Below are positions 21,630-32,384 of a stretch of 64,000 bases of DNA, one piece after another. This DNA comes from an uncultured Desulfosarcina sp. (GTDB taxonomy: Bacteria; Desulfobacterota; Desulfobacteria; Desulfobacterales; Desulfosarcinaceae). A program made the position numbers and the translations under genes. The notes under the pieces were generated by a model that saw nothing but the letters and a program-made list of their open reading frames with translations, was not told the DNA's origin and did no database searches. Each line of letters starts with the position of its first letter. The first letter of the stretch is position 1. The stretch covers positions 768,001-832,000 of the forward strand of contig CAXXWQ010000003.1 of NCBI GenBank assembly GCA_963674945.2, in the 5' to 3' direction.

Positions 21630-21667
21630 TCCATTTTTTCCTTTCAAATAAGGAAGGTGGTTAAACG

Positions 21668-22261
21668 TTACTGGACCCGATCCTTTTCCTGTTTACACAA
21701 CTTGAATGCATGCAACATCGTATATTCGGCACCGGTGGGTTTCAAGACGCTTTTATACAACCCGATCTGTTCCACCATGAAGGTTTCAAAGATGTCCTCC
21801 CCAATGGTGTCCAGCGCCTTTTTTAAGCTGTCAGGATGGATTCGCCTTCGACTGCGGCCGATGGTCAGATGCGGAGAAAACGAACGCCGATCTCTTGGAA
21901 ATCCAATGGATTCGAGACCTTTTTCCAAATCAGCCTGAATCGAAACCAAATGATCCACATCGCCGGCGAGGCCAACCCACAAAACCCTGGCCTGACGACG
22001 ATCGGGAAAGGCGCCGATCCCTTTCACCGCAAGGGAAAAAGGCGAAGCACGCAAGGCAACTTCCCCCATTCGCACGATGATTTTTGAATTCTGCCCGGAA
22101 TCGATCTCACCGAGAAATTTCAGTGTCAAATGGATGTTTCCCACCGCTGCCCACCGAACATCCGGAAGCGATGGCTGAAGCCGTTGTTGCACGTCTCGTA
22201 AAAAACGTGCCACCGGCTCCGGGATGGAAACGGCAATGAAAGTACGTTGGGTCTTTGCCAT
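21668..22261 (-). CDS. thpR: RNA 2',3'-cyclic phosphodiesterase (2H family)
   Basis: two HxT motifs ([15 protein letters not shown]); upstream of recA. Confidence 0.92.
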   Translation of the reverse strand: MAKTQRTFIAVSIPEPVARFLRDVQQRLQPSLPDVRWAAVGNIHLTLKFLGEIDSGQNSKIIVRMGEVALRASPFSLAVKGIGAFPDRRQARVLWVGLAGDVDHLVSIQADLEKGLESIGFPRDRRSFSPHLTIGRSRRRIHPDSLKKALDTIGEDIFETFMVEQIGLYKSVLKPTGAEYTMLHAFKLCKQEKDRVQ

Positions 22262-22312
22262 TGCGGTACCACGTTCATCCGTTATTGCTTCAGCTCATTA
22301 CGATTTGACGGA

Positions 22313-23482
22313 TCACATTCTCGGAAGAGTGAACTGGGGCTCACCCAGTTCGAAGGTACCAGAGGAGATCCACTTTTGTAGCGTCTGCGCGATCTTTCGG
22401 GCTCTTACCATACTGGAAAGCGGAACGGTCTGCACCTTCTGGCCCTTTATGGTGATGCTGCCGCTTTTCAGTTGCGCGTAACTCACCTGGCCCAGATCGC
22501 TTGTTTTTCCGCTGGGATAGTCCTTTCCGTAGTCTACGATCTGGGTAAAGAGTTCTTCGTCGGAGACGGCCGTATATTGGGCCATCTCTTCGTTGAGAAT
22601 AGGAATGGGAATGCCGAGACCGACTGCCAAGGAGCACCCGTAGCCCTGGATGCTGACCCCAACCAACCATTCCGGCTGCATCTGTTTCAGGTCTCCCATT
22701 ACCCACAGGGTTCCCGCCGGGCTTACAGGGGTCCCGTTGCCGGCCCGCTTCACCACGGGCTTGTGCTGGGTGCCATGCCAGGTGACGTAACCGACACCGC
22801 CGCCGAGGAAGATCCGCGTACCCAGGCCGATGGTTCGATAGAACGGATCGTTGAACAGCGGACTCAGTTGTCCCGCAGAGCAGTAGTTGGCATTGGCGAG
22901 CTTGGGTTTCAGCGTTCCCATGTAAGTATAAACGGTTTTGTTGGTCATGTTGACCGCACAGTTGTAATTCTGGTAACCGTTTCTCGGGTTGCACAAGGTG
23001 GCCTGGGGCAAGGTCTCCAGGGTCACGGTCTTTTCATATGCACGACTTGGATAACAGTCGGTTCCGTAGGCGGTGGCTTTCATATAGACCTTTTTCCCCG
23101 CCACCAGATCCTGGATCACGTGACCGCCACCGTATCGAAATTCCCCGGGGTACACCTTGTTGAGCGGGTCATCCTCGCATGGCTCTGTCGCCCCGAGGTA
23201 GCAGTCCACCGCGGCAATACCGCCATAGGCAGGCACGTTGTTGAACCATACACGGCTCGCCTTTGTCCCGGGCGTGGAGTGGCCGAAATTGATGAACGCA
23301 CCGGACGAGCACATGGGAGCGAAAGTACCCGTCGTCACGACATCGACCTGGGCGGCGGCCTCTTTGGGCCCATTCTCCTTGACGATATCGATCATCTCCT
23401 CGGCGGTGACCACCACTACGTCGCCGGATCGTATCTTTTCGTTAATCTGTTGGTACGTTTTCTGAACTGTGTATTTTCCCAT
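22313..23482 (-). CDS. DUF39-family homocysteine biosynthesis protein (aspartate-semialdehyde sulfurtransferase-like)
   Basis: INEKIRSG..VVVTAEE, DVVTTGTF.PMCSSGA, YGGGHVI, NPRN.YQNY, SPLFNDP. Confidence 0.85.
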   Translation of the reverse strand: MGKYTVQKTYQQINEKIRSGDVVVVTAEEMIDIVKENGPKEAAAQVDVVTTGTFAPMCSSGAFINFGHSTPGTKASRVWFNNVPAYGGIAAVDCYLGATEPCEDDPLNKVYPGEFRYGGGHVIQDLVAGKKVYMKATAYGTDCYPSRAYEKTVTLETLPQATLCNPRNGYQNYNCAVNMTNKTVYTYMGTLKPKLANANYCSAGQLSPLFNDPFYRTIGLGTRIFLGGGVGYVTWHGTQHKPVVKRAGNGTPVSPAGTLWVMGDLKQMQPEWLVGVSIQGYGCSLAVGLGIPIPILNEEMAQYTAVSDEELFTQIVDYGKDYPSGKTSDLGQVSYAQLKSGSITIKGQKVQTVPLSSMVRARKIAQTLQKWISSGTFELGEPQFTLPRM

Positions 23483-23499
23483 TGCGCCGTTCACTCCTG

Positions 23500-24870
23500 T
23501 CAGGGTCCCGCGTCTTCAATCTTGGCGCTGACATTGTTTTGGATCCATGTGGCATCCCACCATTCGATGGGATTTACATACGTCTGGTCGATCAGCATAC
23601 CGTAATGGAGGTGGTCACCACCGGCCAAACCGGTCATCCCCGTATTTCCAATGATATCCCCTTTCTCGACCATTTTGCCTTGGGTAACGTCGATTCGGCT
23701 TAAATGGGAGTAAAGGGAGAATAACCCGAAACCATGGTCAATAATAACGGTATTGCCATAAATTCCCTGGTTGCCGGTAAAGGCCACCTTCCCGCGGTTG
23801 GCCGCCGGTACGGAGGATTGGGCCGTGGAAGCCAGGTCGATTCCCATGTGATACTGGCGATCGATCACCTTCCCGCTGTAAAAATAGGTTCTGTGATCGG
23901 CGAACCGTGCCCGGTTGGCCGACCGTGGCAGGCGTAAAAATGGACCGTCCCACAGGATCTGTTTTTCCGTTTTCGCGGTAATCCGGTATACAGCATCCGT
24001 ATCCCTTTGGCGAAGTTCCCGGTTGACCTTCAGGAAGAGTTCCAGGCGACTTCCGCCGGCCAACTCAGGAAAATAGCTCTCGAAATCAACCATCTTCGTA
24101 TTCAGAAAGGTATCGGTGATGTTAATTACGTCCTTCCGAAAGGACCGTGCGTTGATATGGTGTACGAGACCCGCGGTCGATCGGTTGCCGGCACGATCCT
24201 CTGCCGTTACGGTTATCTGGGTCCCCTTGCCCTGTCGATGGTCCAGGGCGAAAAAGGCCAGGTGAACGGCCTTGTCCTGGAAATTTCCGGCAAAGCCCGG
24301 ATAGAATCGGTCGTCCACCGACAAGCCGCTCTTTGGACATTCCTCGGACACCCTATAAATCGCCACACCACTTCCCCCCTGGGCAATATTGTGCGACCTG
24401 CTGATCATGTCGATGGTCGGTGGTTTCGTGTCGATCTCGATCTCTTTTTCCAAATAGACCCGATTGCCCTTTCCCCATTTTCGCAAGGAATAATCCCACG
24501 CCGCGATTCGGATGACGCCCTTTCCGTCGGGCAGCCCCAAATCCTTGGGAGAGACGGTGGTCTTCACTTTTACCGTGTTTTCCTTACCGCCGGCAAAAAA
24601 GCCTGCCGAAGGAAAGGTACGCTGCAGCAGTTCGACCTCGCGGTCCTGTGTCAACAGGCTCATCCAGACCTTTCGAATCCCGCTGCCCTCATCGCTGACC
24701 GACACGCTGATCTCGCGTGTTGCACCGATATAGATGGAATCGAGTCCGATTTCGAGCGTGGGAGCGGTGCCCTCCATTCGGATGATGGCCAGCCAAACGG
24801 CGGGGATACTGACCAACAGGATCACGATGATGATTAAGATGAGTTTGAAGGAACTTTTTTTATTCTTCAA
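23500..24870 (-). CDS. M23-family metallopeptidase
   Basis: HMGIDLA, IDHGFG..SLYSHL, GDHLHY; N-terminal TM; start uncertain. Confidence 0.9.
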   Translation of the reverse strand: MKNKKSSFKLILIIIVILLVSIPAVWLAIIRMEGTAPTLEIGLDSIYIGATREISVSVSDEGSGIRKVWMSLLTQDREVELLQRTFPSAGFFAGGKENTVKVKTTVSPKDLGLPDGKGVIRIAAWDYSLRKWGKGNRVYLEKEIEIDTKPPTIDMISRSHNIAQGGSGVAIYRVSEECPKSGLSVDDRFYPGFAGNFQDKAVHLAFFALDHRQGKGTQITVTAEDRAGNRSTAGLVHHINARSFRKDVINITDTFLNTKMVDFESYFPELAGGSRLELFLKVNRELRQRDTDAVYRITAKTEKQILWDGPFLRLPRSANRARFADHRTYFYSGKVIDRQYHMGIDLASTAQSSVPAANRGKVAFTGNQGIYGNTVIIDHGFGLFSLYSHLSRIDVTQGKMVEKGDIIGNTGMTGLAGGDHLHYGMLIDQTYVNPIEWWDATWIQNNVSAKIEDAGP

Positions 24871-25043
24871 CAGGCGACACCCTTTCAACAATCCGCAGTT
24901 ACCGTTTTGTTGTCATCCAAATTGTTGACCTTACCAGCAACGCCAATGGTAGTCAACGGCTCAATTTTTCACAACTTGACTTTTTAACCGCCTGAGGTTA
25001 CATAGGAAAAACCAATTTACTTCTTCAGCAGAAGTGAGATGAA

Positions 25044-25832
25044 ATGAAACCGAAAATTCCCTTTTTTCTGATCTGTGGGCCCTGTGTCATCGAAGATGAG
25101 GCCATGGCCCTGAGAACAGCCGCACGAATCAAGACGATAACGGATCGCCTTGAAATTCCCTTCACTTTCAAGGCGTCCTACGATAAGGCCAACCGCAGTG
25201 CCATCACTTCCTACAGGGGACCGGGGATGAAAGAGGGGCTGCGGATACTGGCCAGGGTCAAAGAGGAATTGGGCATTCCCCTTTTATCGGATGTTCATCG
25301 CATCCAAGAGGTGCAGCCGGCGGCCGAAATTCTCGACTATATTCAGATTCCGGCGTTTCTCTGCCGCCAGACCGATCTGATCCTGGCAGTGGCCAGAGCC
25401 GGAAAGCCGATAAATGTCAAAAAGGGACAGTTTCTGGCGCCATGGGACATGGTCAACATCATCGAAAAGATACGTTCGGTGTCCAGCATCACTCCCATGA
25501 TTACCGAACGTGGGGTTATGTTCGGATACAACAACCTGGTCGTCGATTTCAGGGGAATCCGAATCATGCAGCAGACCGGATGCCCGGTGATATTCGACGC
25601 CACCCACAGCGTCCAATTGCCCGGCGGGAAGGGAACCAGTTCCGGAGGCCAGCGGGAATTCGCACCGATCCTCGCACGCGCGGCAATCGCAGCCGGTGCC
25701 GATGGTGTTTTTATCGAAGTTCACGAAAACCCGGACGAAGCTCTTTGTGACGGCCCCAACTCGCTGCCCTTGGACCAGTTGCCCGGCCTTCTCGAACAAC
25801 TCATCGCCATCAAAGCAGCAGTACACCCTTGA
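25044..25832 (+). CDS. kdsA: KDO8P synthase
   Basis: [36 protein letters not shown]. Confidence 0.97.
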   Translation: MKPKIPFFLICGPCVIEDEAMALRTAARIKTITDRLEIPFTFKASYDKANRSAITSYRGPGMKEGLRILARVKEELGIPLLSDVHRIQEVQPAAEILDYIQIPAFLCRQTDLILAVARAGKPINVKKGQFLAPWDMVNIIEKIRSVSSITPMITERGVMFGYNNLVVDFRGIRIMQQTGCPVIFDATHSVQLPGGKGTSSGGQREFAPILARAAIAAGADGVFIEVHENPDEALCDGPNSLPLDQLPGLLEQLIAIKAAVHP

Positions 25833-25841
25833 TATTGCCCC

Positions 25842-26360
25842 ATGACCGACAGACTCCTCGCACATATCGATCTCGTATTGTTGGATGTGGATGGCGTTTT
25901 GACGACCGGACAAATCATTTACGACGATTCGGGGTTGGAAACCAAGATCTTTCACGTACGTGACGGCCTTGGCATTCGGTTGCTCATGGAAGCGGGCATC
26001 CGGGTCGGCATCGTAACCGGCCGTAGCTGCCCGGCATTGCGCCATCGATGTAAAAACCTGGGGCTGACCCTCGTCAAAGACGGAATTCATGACAAGGCAG
26101 CGGCCCTGAATGAAATCTTGGAAGAAACCGGTGTTTCGTCGAAAAATACGGCATTTGTCGGAGACGATTTGCCGGATTTGCCCATCATGGACCGTGTCGG
26201 CGTTCCTGTTGCGGTGGGAGATGCCCATGAACTCGTGAAAAAAAGGGCTGTAATCACAACCCGAGCCAAGGGAGGCTGTGGTGCGATACGGGAAATCGGC
26301 GAGCGGATTCTCAAAGCCAGGGGGGATTGGGAACCGTTGATCGAAAGGCTCTTTTCATGA
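25842..26360 (+). CDS. kdsC: KDO8P phosphatase (HAD family)
   Basis: LDVDGVLT, RDGLG, GDDLPD. Confidence 0.93.
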   Translation: MTDRLLAHIDLVLLDVDGVLTTGQIIYDDSGLETKIFHVRDGLGIRLLMEAGIRVGIVTGRSCPALRHRCKNLGLTLVKDGIHDKAAALNEILEETGVSSKNTAFVGDDLPDLPIMDRVGVPVAVGDAHELVKKRAVITTRAKGGCGAIREIGERILKARGDWEPLIERLFS

Positions 26361-26926
26361 TACGACGCCGTTTTTTTCGAAGGATTTTGCTGGCCGTCGT
26401 CCTTGTCTTTGTGGCGGCCGTCGCCTCGGTTTTTATCGGATATCGCCGCATGATCCAGGATCCTGCGGCGCTGTTGGAACAGGTGAAAAACGATGCGGAC
26501 ATGCATCTTAATCGGATCCAACAAACCGCCATGAAAAACGGCATTCAAGAGTGGCGTCTGGATGCCTCTTCCGCGACCTTATTGGAAAAAGAGAAAACCA
26601 TGCTGCTCACCAATCCGGAGGTGGAATTTTTCATGAAAGATGGTGACACGTTGTATCTTACGGCACGCCAGGGAAAAATTTTCACCGACTCCAACCGTTT
26701 GTCTGTTCAAGGAGAGGTGGCGGCCAAGACCAATTTGTACCGGTTTTACACCGAATCACTGGACTACGACCCGGTTACGCGACAACTACGCGCCGAAACA
26801 CCGGTGACCATTTCCAGTGAGTCATTCTCTCTTACGGCAAACCGGATGGCACTTGAGATTGAAACCAACATTACGCGATTCGAAGGCGAAGTAAAAGGAA
26901 CCATCAGTGAAAATCTCGCGCTATAG
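26357..26926 (+). CDS. lptC: LPS export protein LptC
   Basis: single N-terminal TM, beta-rich; position between kdsC and lptA. Confidence 0.8.
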   Translation: MIRRRFFRRILLAVVLVFVAAVASVFIGYRRMIQDPAALLEQVKNDADMHLNRIQQTAMKNGIQEWRLDASSATLLEKEKTMLLTNPEVEFFMKDGDTLYLTARQGKIFTDSNRLSVQGEVAAKTNLYRFYTESLDYDPVTRQLRAETPVTISSESFSLTANRMALEIETNITRFEGEVKGTISENLAL

Positions 26927-27476
26927 GTCTTCCCTGCCTTGGGAAAAGACCGTGATATTTGCCTTTGGGCTCATCGCTTGGTGGTCCATGGTCGTTGTGG
27001 CACAGAAGAACATCGATACCGGCGGCCCGCCGTCGGATCCAGAGGCCGACAAGATCCACATCAGCGCCCAACGACTCATTTCCAATACCACGGAAAACCA
27101 GGCCGAATTCATTGGCGACGTCAAGGCATGGCAGGGAGAAACATCGATCACCGCCGATCGTTTACAATTTTTTTTTTCTGCCGATAATAAAGTAAAAGGA
27201 AATTCTCCAACCCAGAATTTGGAGAAACTGGTGGCTACGGGAAACGTTGAAATTAAATTTGATAATAGGCTTGCCGTTGCCAGACAGGCAGTATATATAA
27301 CAGCACAACGAAAGCTGATCCTGACCGGCCCGGATGCCACGGTGACCAGCGATGAAAATACCGTTACCGGACAAACCATCACCTTTTATCGTGATGAAGG
27401 TCGGTTTACCGTGGACGGGGGGGATGATGGTCGGGTCAAAGCCGTGATCCTTCCGGAAGCATCGGGATTGGAGTAG
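26907..27476 (+). CDS. lptA: LPS transport periplasmic protein LptA (OstA family)
   Basis: FIGDVKAWQG, ITADRL, ATGNV; synteny; start uncertain. Confidence 0.82.
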   Translation: MKISRYRSSLPWEKTVIFAFGLIAWWSMVVVAQKNIDTGGPPSDPEADKIHISAQRLISNTTENQAEFIGDVKAWQGETSITADRLQFFFSADNKVKGNSPTQNLEKLVATGNVEIKFDNRLAVARQAVYITAQRKLILTGPDATVTSDENTVTGQTITFYRDEGRFTVDGGDDGRVKAVILPEASGLE

Positions 27477-27507
27477 CCGTGAATCCGTACACTGGGGATG
27501 ATAGCCG

Positions 27508-28230
27508 ATGACCACCTTGTCCGTCCGGGACTTGGTCAAGGTGTACCGGGGGCGAAAGGTCGTTGACCGGGTCAGCTTGAGCGTGGAAAGCGGACAGGTG
27601 ATCGGGCTCTTAGGCCCCAACGGCGCAGGAAAAACCACCACTTTTTATATGATGGTGGGAATGGTTCGACCCGATGGCGGCAAGGTATTTTTGGATGATC
27701 TGGACGTCACCTTGTTCCCCATGCACCTGCGGGCGCAAAAAGGAGTGGGATATCTGCCCCAGGAGGCCTCCATCTTCAGGAAGTTGACCGTTCGTCAAAA
27801 TGTTCTGGCGATCCTGGAGACACGTTCTTTGACCCGAAGGCAGCGTCTTGAACGCACCGACCGACTGCTTGCGGAATTGGGAATTTCCCATGTGGCGAAC
27901 TCCAAAGCAGCGGTTCTGTCCGGAGGAGAGCGCCGCCGCCTGGAAATCACCCGGGCACTGGCCACGGATCCATCATTCATGTTGTTAGACGAGCCATTTG
28001 CCGGCATCGATCCGCTTGCGGTAATTGACATCAAGAAAATTATCGCCCATTTAAAGGACAGAAACATCGGTATTCTCATATCCGATCACAATGTTAGGGA
28101 AACCTTGGGCGCCTGTGACCAGGCGTTCATATTAAGCGATGGAAAGGTAATTGAATCCGGGACTCCGAAGGTGATCGCTTCGAGCGAGATCGCACGGCGT
28201 ATCTATTTGGGAGACGAATTTAGATTGTAA
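27508..28230 (+). CDS. lptB: LPS export ABC ATPase LptB
   Basis: GPNGAGKTT, YLPQEASIFR, LSGGERRR, LDEPFAG, YLG. Confidence 0.97.
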   Translation: MTTLSVRDLVKVYRGRKVVDRVSLSVESGQVIGLLGPNGAGKTTTFYMMVGMVRPDGGKVFLDDLDVTLFPMHLRAQKGVGYLPQEASIFRKLTVRQNVLAILETRSLTRRQRLERTDRLLAELGISHVANSKAAVLSGGERRRLEITRALATDPSFMLLDEPFAGIDPLAVIDIKKIIAHLKDRNIGILISDHNVRETLGACDQAFILSDGKVIESGTPKVIASSEIARRIYLGDEFRL

Positions 28231-28231
28231 G

Positions 28232-29665
28232 ATGGCTATTGAACTAAGACAACAACTCAAGCTAACACAGCAGCTGATCATGACGCCGCAACTCCAGATG
28301 GCGATCAAGCTGCTTCAGCTCTCTAGACTCGAACTGGTGGACACAATTCGCCAGGAACTGGAGGAAAATCCAACCCTCGAAGAGGTGCAGGAATCAGCCG
28401 ACAGATCCAAGGATACGGAAACGGAACAGGAACAAACCGCCACCATCGAAGAGACCCGGGAAGTGACCATCGAGGAAAAGATCCACGATGAAATTGACTG
28501 GAGCAACTACATCGATGAGTACAATTCACCGGGAAAGGTCAACTTCGAATCCGAAAATAGAGAGGCACCCCAGTACGAAGCCTTCGTCTCTTCCAAGGAA
28601 TCTTTGAGCGATCATCTGTTATGGCAGCTGTTGATGCTCTCCCCCACCGAGATCGAAAAGCAGGTGGGAAGCCTGATCATCGGCAATCTCAATCGCGATG
28701 GGTATCTGCAGTTGTCCGTCGAAGAGCTCTGTGAGCAGAGCGGTATCTCCATCGAAATGGTGGAGGACGTTCTCGAAACCATGCAGTCATTCGATCCTGT
28801 GGGTGTCTGCGCCAGGGATCTGCGCGAATGTCTTTTGCTCCAGGCCCGACTGCTGAATCTTGATGGCAGCCTGGTAACAGACATCATATCGGATCATCTG
28901 AAGAATCTGGAAAACAAAAACTTTAAAGCCATTTGCAAGGCACTGAAGGTCAAGCTCAAGGATGTCATCGCGGCTGTCAATGTCATTCGGGCGCTGGAGC
29001 CAAAACCCGGCAGACAGTTCAGCGAAGAGACCCCCCAATATATCGTTCCGGATATCTATGTCTACAAGAGCGAAGGGGATTTCGTCATTGTGCTAAATGA
29101 CGATGGCATGCCCAAACTTCGCGTGAATCCATTTTACAAACAGGCCATCGCCCGTCAGGATGAAGTGAGTGCCAATACCAAAGAATACATCCGGGACAAG
29201 ATGCGATCCGCAGCCTGGCTGATCCGAAGCATTCACCAACGCCAGAAGACCATATACAAGGTAATGGAGAGCATCTTAAAGTTTCAGCGGGACTTTTTCG
29301 AAAACGGTGTGGCTCATTTAAAACCCATGGTGTTGCGGGACGTTGCCGAAGACATCGGCATGCATGAATCGACCATCAGCCGCGTGACGACCAACAAGTA
29401 TGCCCACACACCCCAGGGAATATTCGAGCTGAAATACTTCTTCAACAGTTCCATTCGACGGGTGCATGGTGATGACATTGCGTCGGCCAGTGTGCAGGCC
29501 AAAATCCGAAAGATCATCGAAAGCGAAAATCCCAAAAAACCATTTAGTGACAGTAAGATGGCCGAAATGCTCAAATCGGACAATATCGATATCGCCCGTC
29601 GGACGGTTGCCAAATACCGAGAGATGATGGGCATCTTATCCTCCAGCAAAAGAAAGCAATTTTGA
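28232..29665 (+). CDS. rpoN: RNA polymerase sigma-54
   Basis: MTPQLQMAIKLLQL, MHESTISR, RpoN box ARRTVAKYR. Confidence 0.98.
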   Translation: MAIELRQQLKLTQQLIMTPQLQMAIKLLQLSRLELVDTIRQELEENPTLEEVQESADRSKDTETEQEQTATIEETREVTIEEKIHDEIDWSNYIDEYNSPGKVNFESENREAPQYEAFVSSKESLSDHLLWQLLMLSPTEIEKQVGSLIIGNLNRDGYLQLSVEELCEQSGISIEMVEDVLETMQSFDPVGVCARDLRECLLLQARLLNLDGSLVTDIISDHLKNLENKNFKAICKALKVKLKDVIAAVNVIRALEPKPGRQFSEETPQYIVPDIYVYKSEGDFVIVLNDDGMPKLRVNPFYKQAIARQDEVSANTKEYIRDKMRSAAWLIRSIHQRQKTIYKVMESILKFQRDFFENGVAHLKPMVLRDVAEDIGMHESTISRVTTNKYAHTPQGIFELKYFFNSSIRRVHGDDIASASVQAKIRKIIESENPKKPFSDSKMAEMLKSDNIDIARRTVAKYREMMGILSSSKRKQF

Positions 29666-29784
29666 TGGTTGCCCTCGCATCCGGCCATCTGGATTTCTTT
29701 CCCACCTTGTTTTCATTCACGGGCAGGCGGCAATGGTATGAGCAGCCCTGATCCTATGAATTTTCCAAAAGGAGGTATCGCTCT

Positions 29785-30309
29785 ATGAATACATCCGTTA
29801 GGTTTAAGAATCTCGAACCCTCCGATGCACTAAAATCCTATGTTAGAGAAAAATTGAATCGAATGGAAAAATACTTTAGCGGATCGGCTGAGGCCAACGT
29901 GGTGCTTTCCATTGAAAAATTTCGCCATAGCGCGGAAATTAATATTATGGGCGACCGACTGACCATCAACGGCAAGGAAGAGACCGAAGAGATGTATTCG
30001 GCCATCGACATGGTGCTCGATAAACTGGAAGTACAAATCAAGAAAAACAAACAGAAAAGCCGGGCGCACAGGACGAAAAACAGACCCGATGCAATGGCGA
30101 CGTTACCGGAAACAGATGGCGAACGCGGCGGAAGCCGTGTGCGGATTCGTCATATCGAATACAAACCCATGGATGTGGAAGAAGCCGTGATGCAAATGGA
30201 TCTCATTGAAGACAGCTTCCTGGTATTTACAAACGCCAGAACAGCTACCGTCAACGTCCTGTATCGCCAAAGGGACGGCAATTACGGCCTGATCCAACCC
30301 CACCCATAG
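29785..30309 (+). CDS. hpf: ribosome hibernation promoting factor (long HPF)
   Basis: MYSAID, KPMDVEEAVMQM, VLYR..DGNYGLI. Confidence 0.93.
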   Translation: MNTSVRFKNLEPSDALKSYVREKLNRMEKYFSGSAEANVVLSIEKFRHSAEINIMGDRLTINGKEETEEMYSAIDMVLDKLEVQIKKNKQKSRAHRTKNRPDAMATLPETDGERGGSRVRIRHIEYKPMDVEEAVMQMDLIEDSFLVFTNARTATVNVLYRQRDGNYGLIQPHP

Positions 30310-30348
30310 GACGATTCGACAGCCAATTGTGTATAATAACCAGGAAAG

Positions 30349-30813
30349 ATGGCAATGAGAATTCTGGACATCCTCGACAAAGAAGCGATCCTGGTAAACT
30401 TGACATCCAAGGACAAGATCGGCATACTGAATGAACTCGTGTCACCAGCCGCACGACTCACCGGCATTGATCAAAAAAAAATCGCCCGGGTGTTGATGGA
30501 GCGTGAACGATTGGGCAGCACCGGTATCGGCGGCGGCATCGGTATCCCACACGGCAAACTGAAAGACCTGGAGAAGATGTATCTCGGATTCGGATTGAGC
30601 CGCCAGGGAGTGGACTTCGAATCCATAGACGGTCGCCCGACCCACCTTTTTTTCCTTCTCATCACCCCCGAAAAGGCGACCGATCTTCACTTGAAACTGT
30701 TGGCCCGCGTCTCCCGGCTTCTTAAGAACGAACAATTAAAGGAGATGATGATGAAGGCCACAAGTGCCGACGAGGTAATCGATATCATCGGCGAAGACGA
30801 TGATGATTTTTAA
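30349..30813 (+). CDS. ptsN: PTS EIIA-Ntr
   Basis: RERLGSTGIGGGIGIPH. Confidence 0.92.
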   Translation: MAMRILDILDKEAILVNLTSKDKIGILNELVSPAARLTGIDQKKIARVLMERERLGSTGIGGGIGIPHGKLKDLEKMYLGFGLSRQGVDFESIDGRPTHLFFLLITPEKATDLHLKLLARVSRLLKNEQLKEMMMKATSADEVIDIIGEDDDDF

Positions 30814-30869
30814 TGAACCTATGGGTACGGTGAGAAACGTTTTTTTGTTACTCTTGTGAGAACCATCGT

Positions 30870-31745
30870 TTGAATCATACAGCCATCACCATTATCACGG
30901 GAAGATCGGGTTCCGGGAAGAGTACGGCATTGGCCGCCATGGAAGATGCGGGCTACTATTGCGTTGACAATATGCCGGTCACGCTGCTTCCCGATTTTCT
31001 CGAGATGCCGTCCGACCATTTGGCCGGTTTTTCCGGCCTCGTATTCGGAATGGATCTTCGGGACGAGAGCCTCATCCCCCATCACACTTCGGTGATCGAT
31101 AAACTGATGGCACAGGGGTACACGTTTCGGATCATCTTCCTGGAAGCCGACGAAAAAACGCTTTTGCGGCGGTACAGCCAGACCCGCCGCAGACACCCTC
31201 TGGCCTTGCACCAGGCCATCCACGAGGCCGTACAAGAGGAAAAAGCCCTTCTCGCACCCTTACGCAACAGGGCCGATCATATCATCGACACCACGAACCT
31301 GAACGTCCACGAACTGTCGGCCATCTTTCGAAAACTCGCCGATGTGGGTGACGATCACGGTCCGATGAAAGTTCAGATCGTCTCCTTTGGGTTCAAATTC
31401 GGACTGCCGATCCAGGCCGATTTGGTTATGGATGTCCGATTTCTTGCCAATCCGTACTTTGTGGATTCGCTTCGTCCATTGAGCGGGAAATCGGAAAAAA
31501 TCCGAGATTTTGTCTTGAATAACGAGCAAACCTGTTTATTTTTAACAAAGTATTTAGACCTTTTGGACACTTTGCTTCCCCAATATGAAAATGAAGGCAA
31601 ATCATACCTCACCATCGCTATCGGCTGTACGGGAGGTCGTCACCGATCCGTGGTGATTTCCACAATGGTGAGGGACCATATCAAGGCTTCGGGACGAAAA
31701 ACAGAACTGACCCATCGCGACATTGATAAGACTCCTTCATCATGA
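30870..31745 (+). CDS. rapZ: RNase adapter RapZ / YvcJ-family P-loop protein
   Basis: TGRSGSGKS, CVDN, TRRRHPL, SFGFKFG, GCTGGRHRSV. Confidence 0.95.
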   Translation: MNHTAITIITGRSGSGKSTALAAMEDAGYYCVDNMPVTLLPDFLEMPSDHLAGFSGLVFGMDLRDESLIPHHTSVIDKLMAQGYTFRIIFLEADEKTLLRRYSQTRRRHPLALHQAIHEAVQEEKALLAPLRNRADHIIDTTNLNVHELSAIFRKLADVGDDHGPMKVQIVSFGFKFGLPIQADLVMDVRFLANPYFVDSLRPLSGKSEKIRDFVLNNEQTCLFLTKYLDLLDTLLPQYENEGKSYLTIAIGCTGGRHRSVVISTMVRDHIKASGRKTELTHRDIDKTPSS

Positions 31746-31797
31746 AAGGGACTTGGATTTTTGTTATTGCGATTTAGATGAAAGACAGGCAGCAGAT

Positions 31798-32211
31798 ATG
31801 ATTGGCGTATTAGTGGTAACCCATTGCCAGTTGGGAGATGCATTGCTCGAAGCGGTGGATTTTATTCTCGGCGAACGCCCGGAGGCCATGGCCGCCATAT
31901 CCATCGATTTAAAGGAAAACGCGGACAAATTACGAAAAAAAATCGACGATGGCATCAAACAATTAAAAAGTGACGATGGCATTCTGATCCTGACGGACAT
32001 GTTCGGCGGGACCCCCTCCAACTTGAGCTACTCGTTTCTCGAAGAGGGTCGAATCGAGGTCATCTCCGGTGTTAACCTGCCGATCCTGATCCGAGCGGCC
32101 AGCGCCAGAAAGAACCAGACATTGTCGGAGTTGGCCGCCAATCTCGAAGCATTTGGCAAGAAAAGCATATCCCTGGCCAGCGGTATTCTGAAAGGTAACA
32201 AAAGAGGATAA
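31798..32211 (+). CDS. PTS mannose/fructose-type EIIA component
   Basis: VVTH, TDMFGGTPSN, GVNLP. Confidence 0.92.
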   Translation: MIGVLVVTHCQLGDALLEAVDFILGERPEAMAAISIDLKENADKLRKKIDDGIKQLKSDDGILILTDMFGGTPSNLSYSFLEEGRIEVISGVNLPILIRAASARKNQTLSELAANLEAFGKKSISLASGILKGNKRG

Positions 32212-32384
32212 TCCATTCGATCCATGGCATCGGATCCATTGTCGCCATTTGCTTCAAGTCAGCCCGATTCATACATAATGGATGTAGATCCAATTCCTTT
32301 TCTCGCCCAATGTCGGTCAGAGGTCCAACGAACATGAAACGAAAGTACCATTGACCCCTAACGCTATCCATGCAAGGAGGGAAT

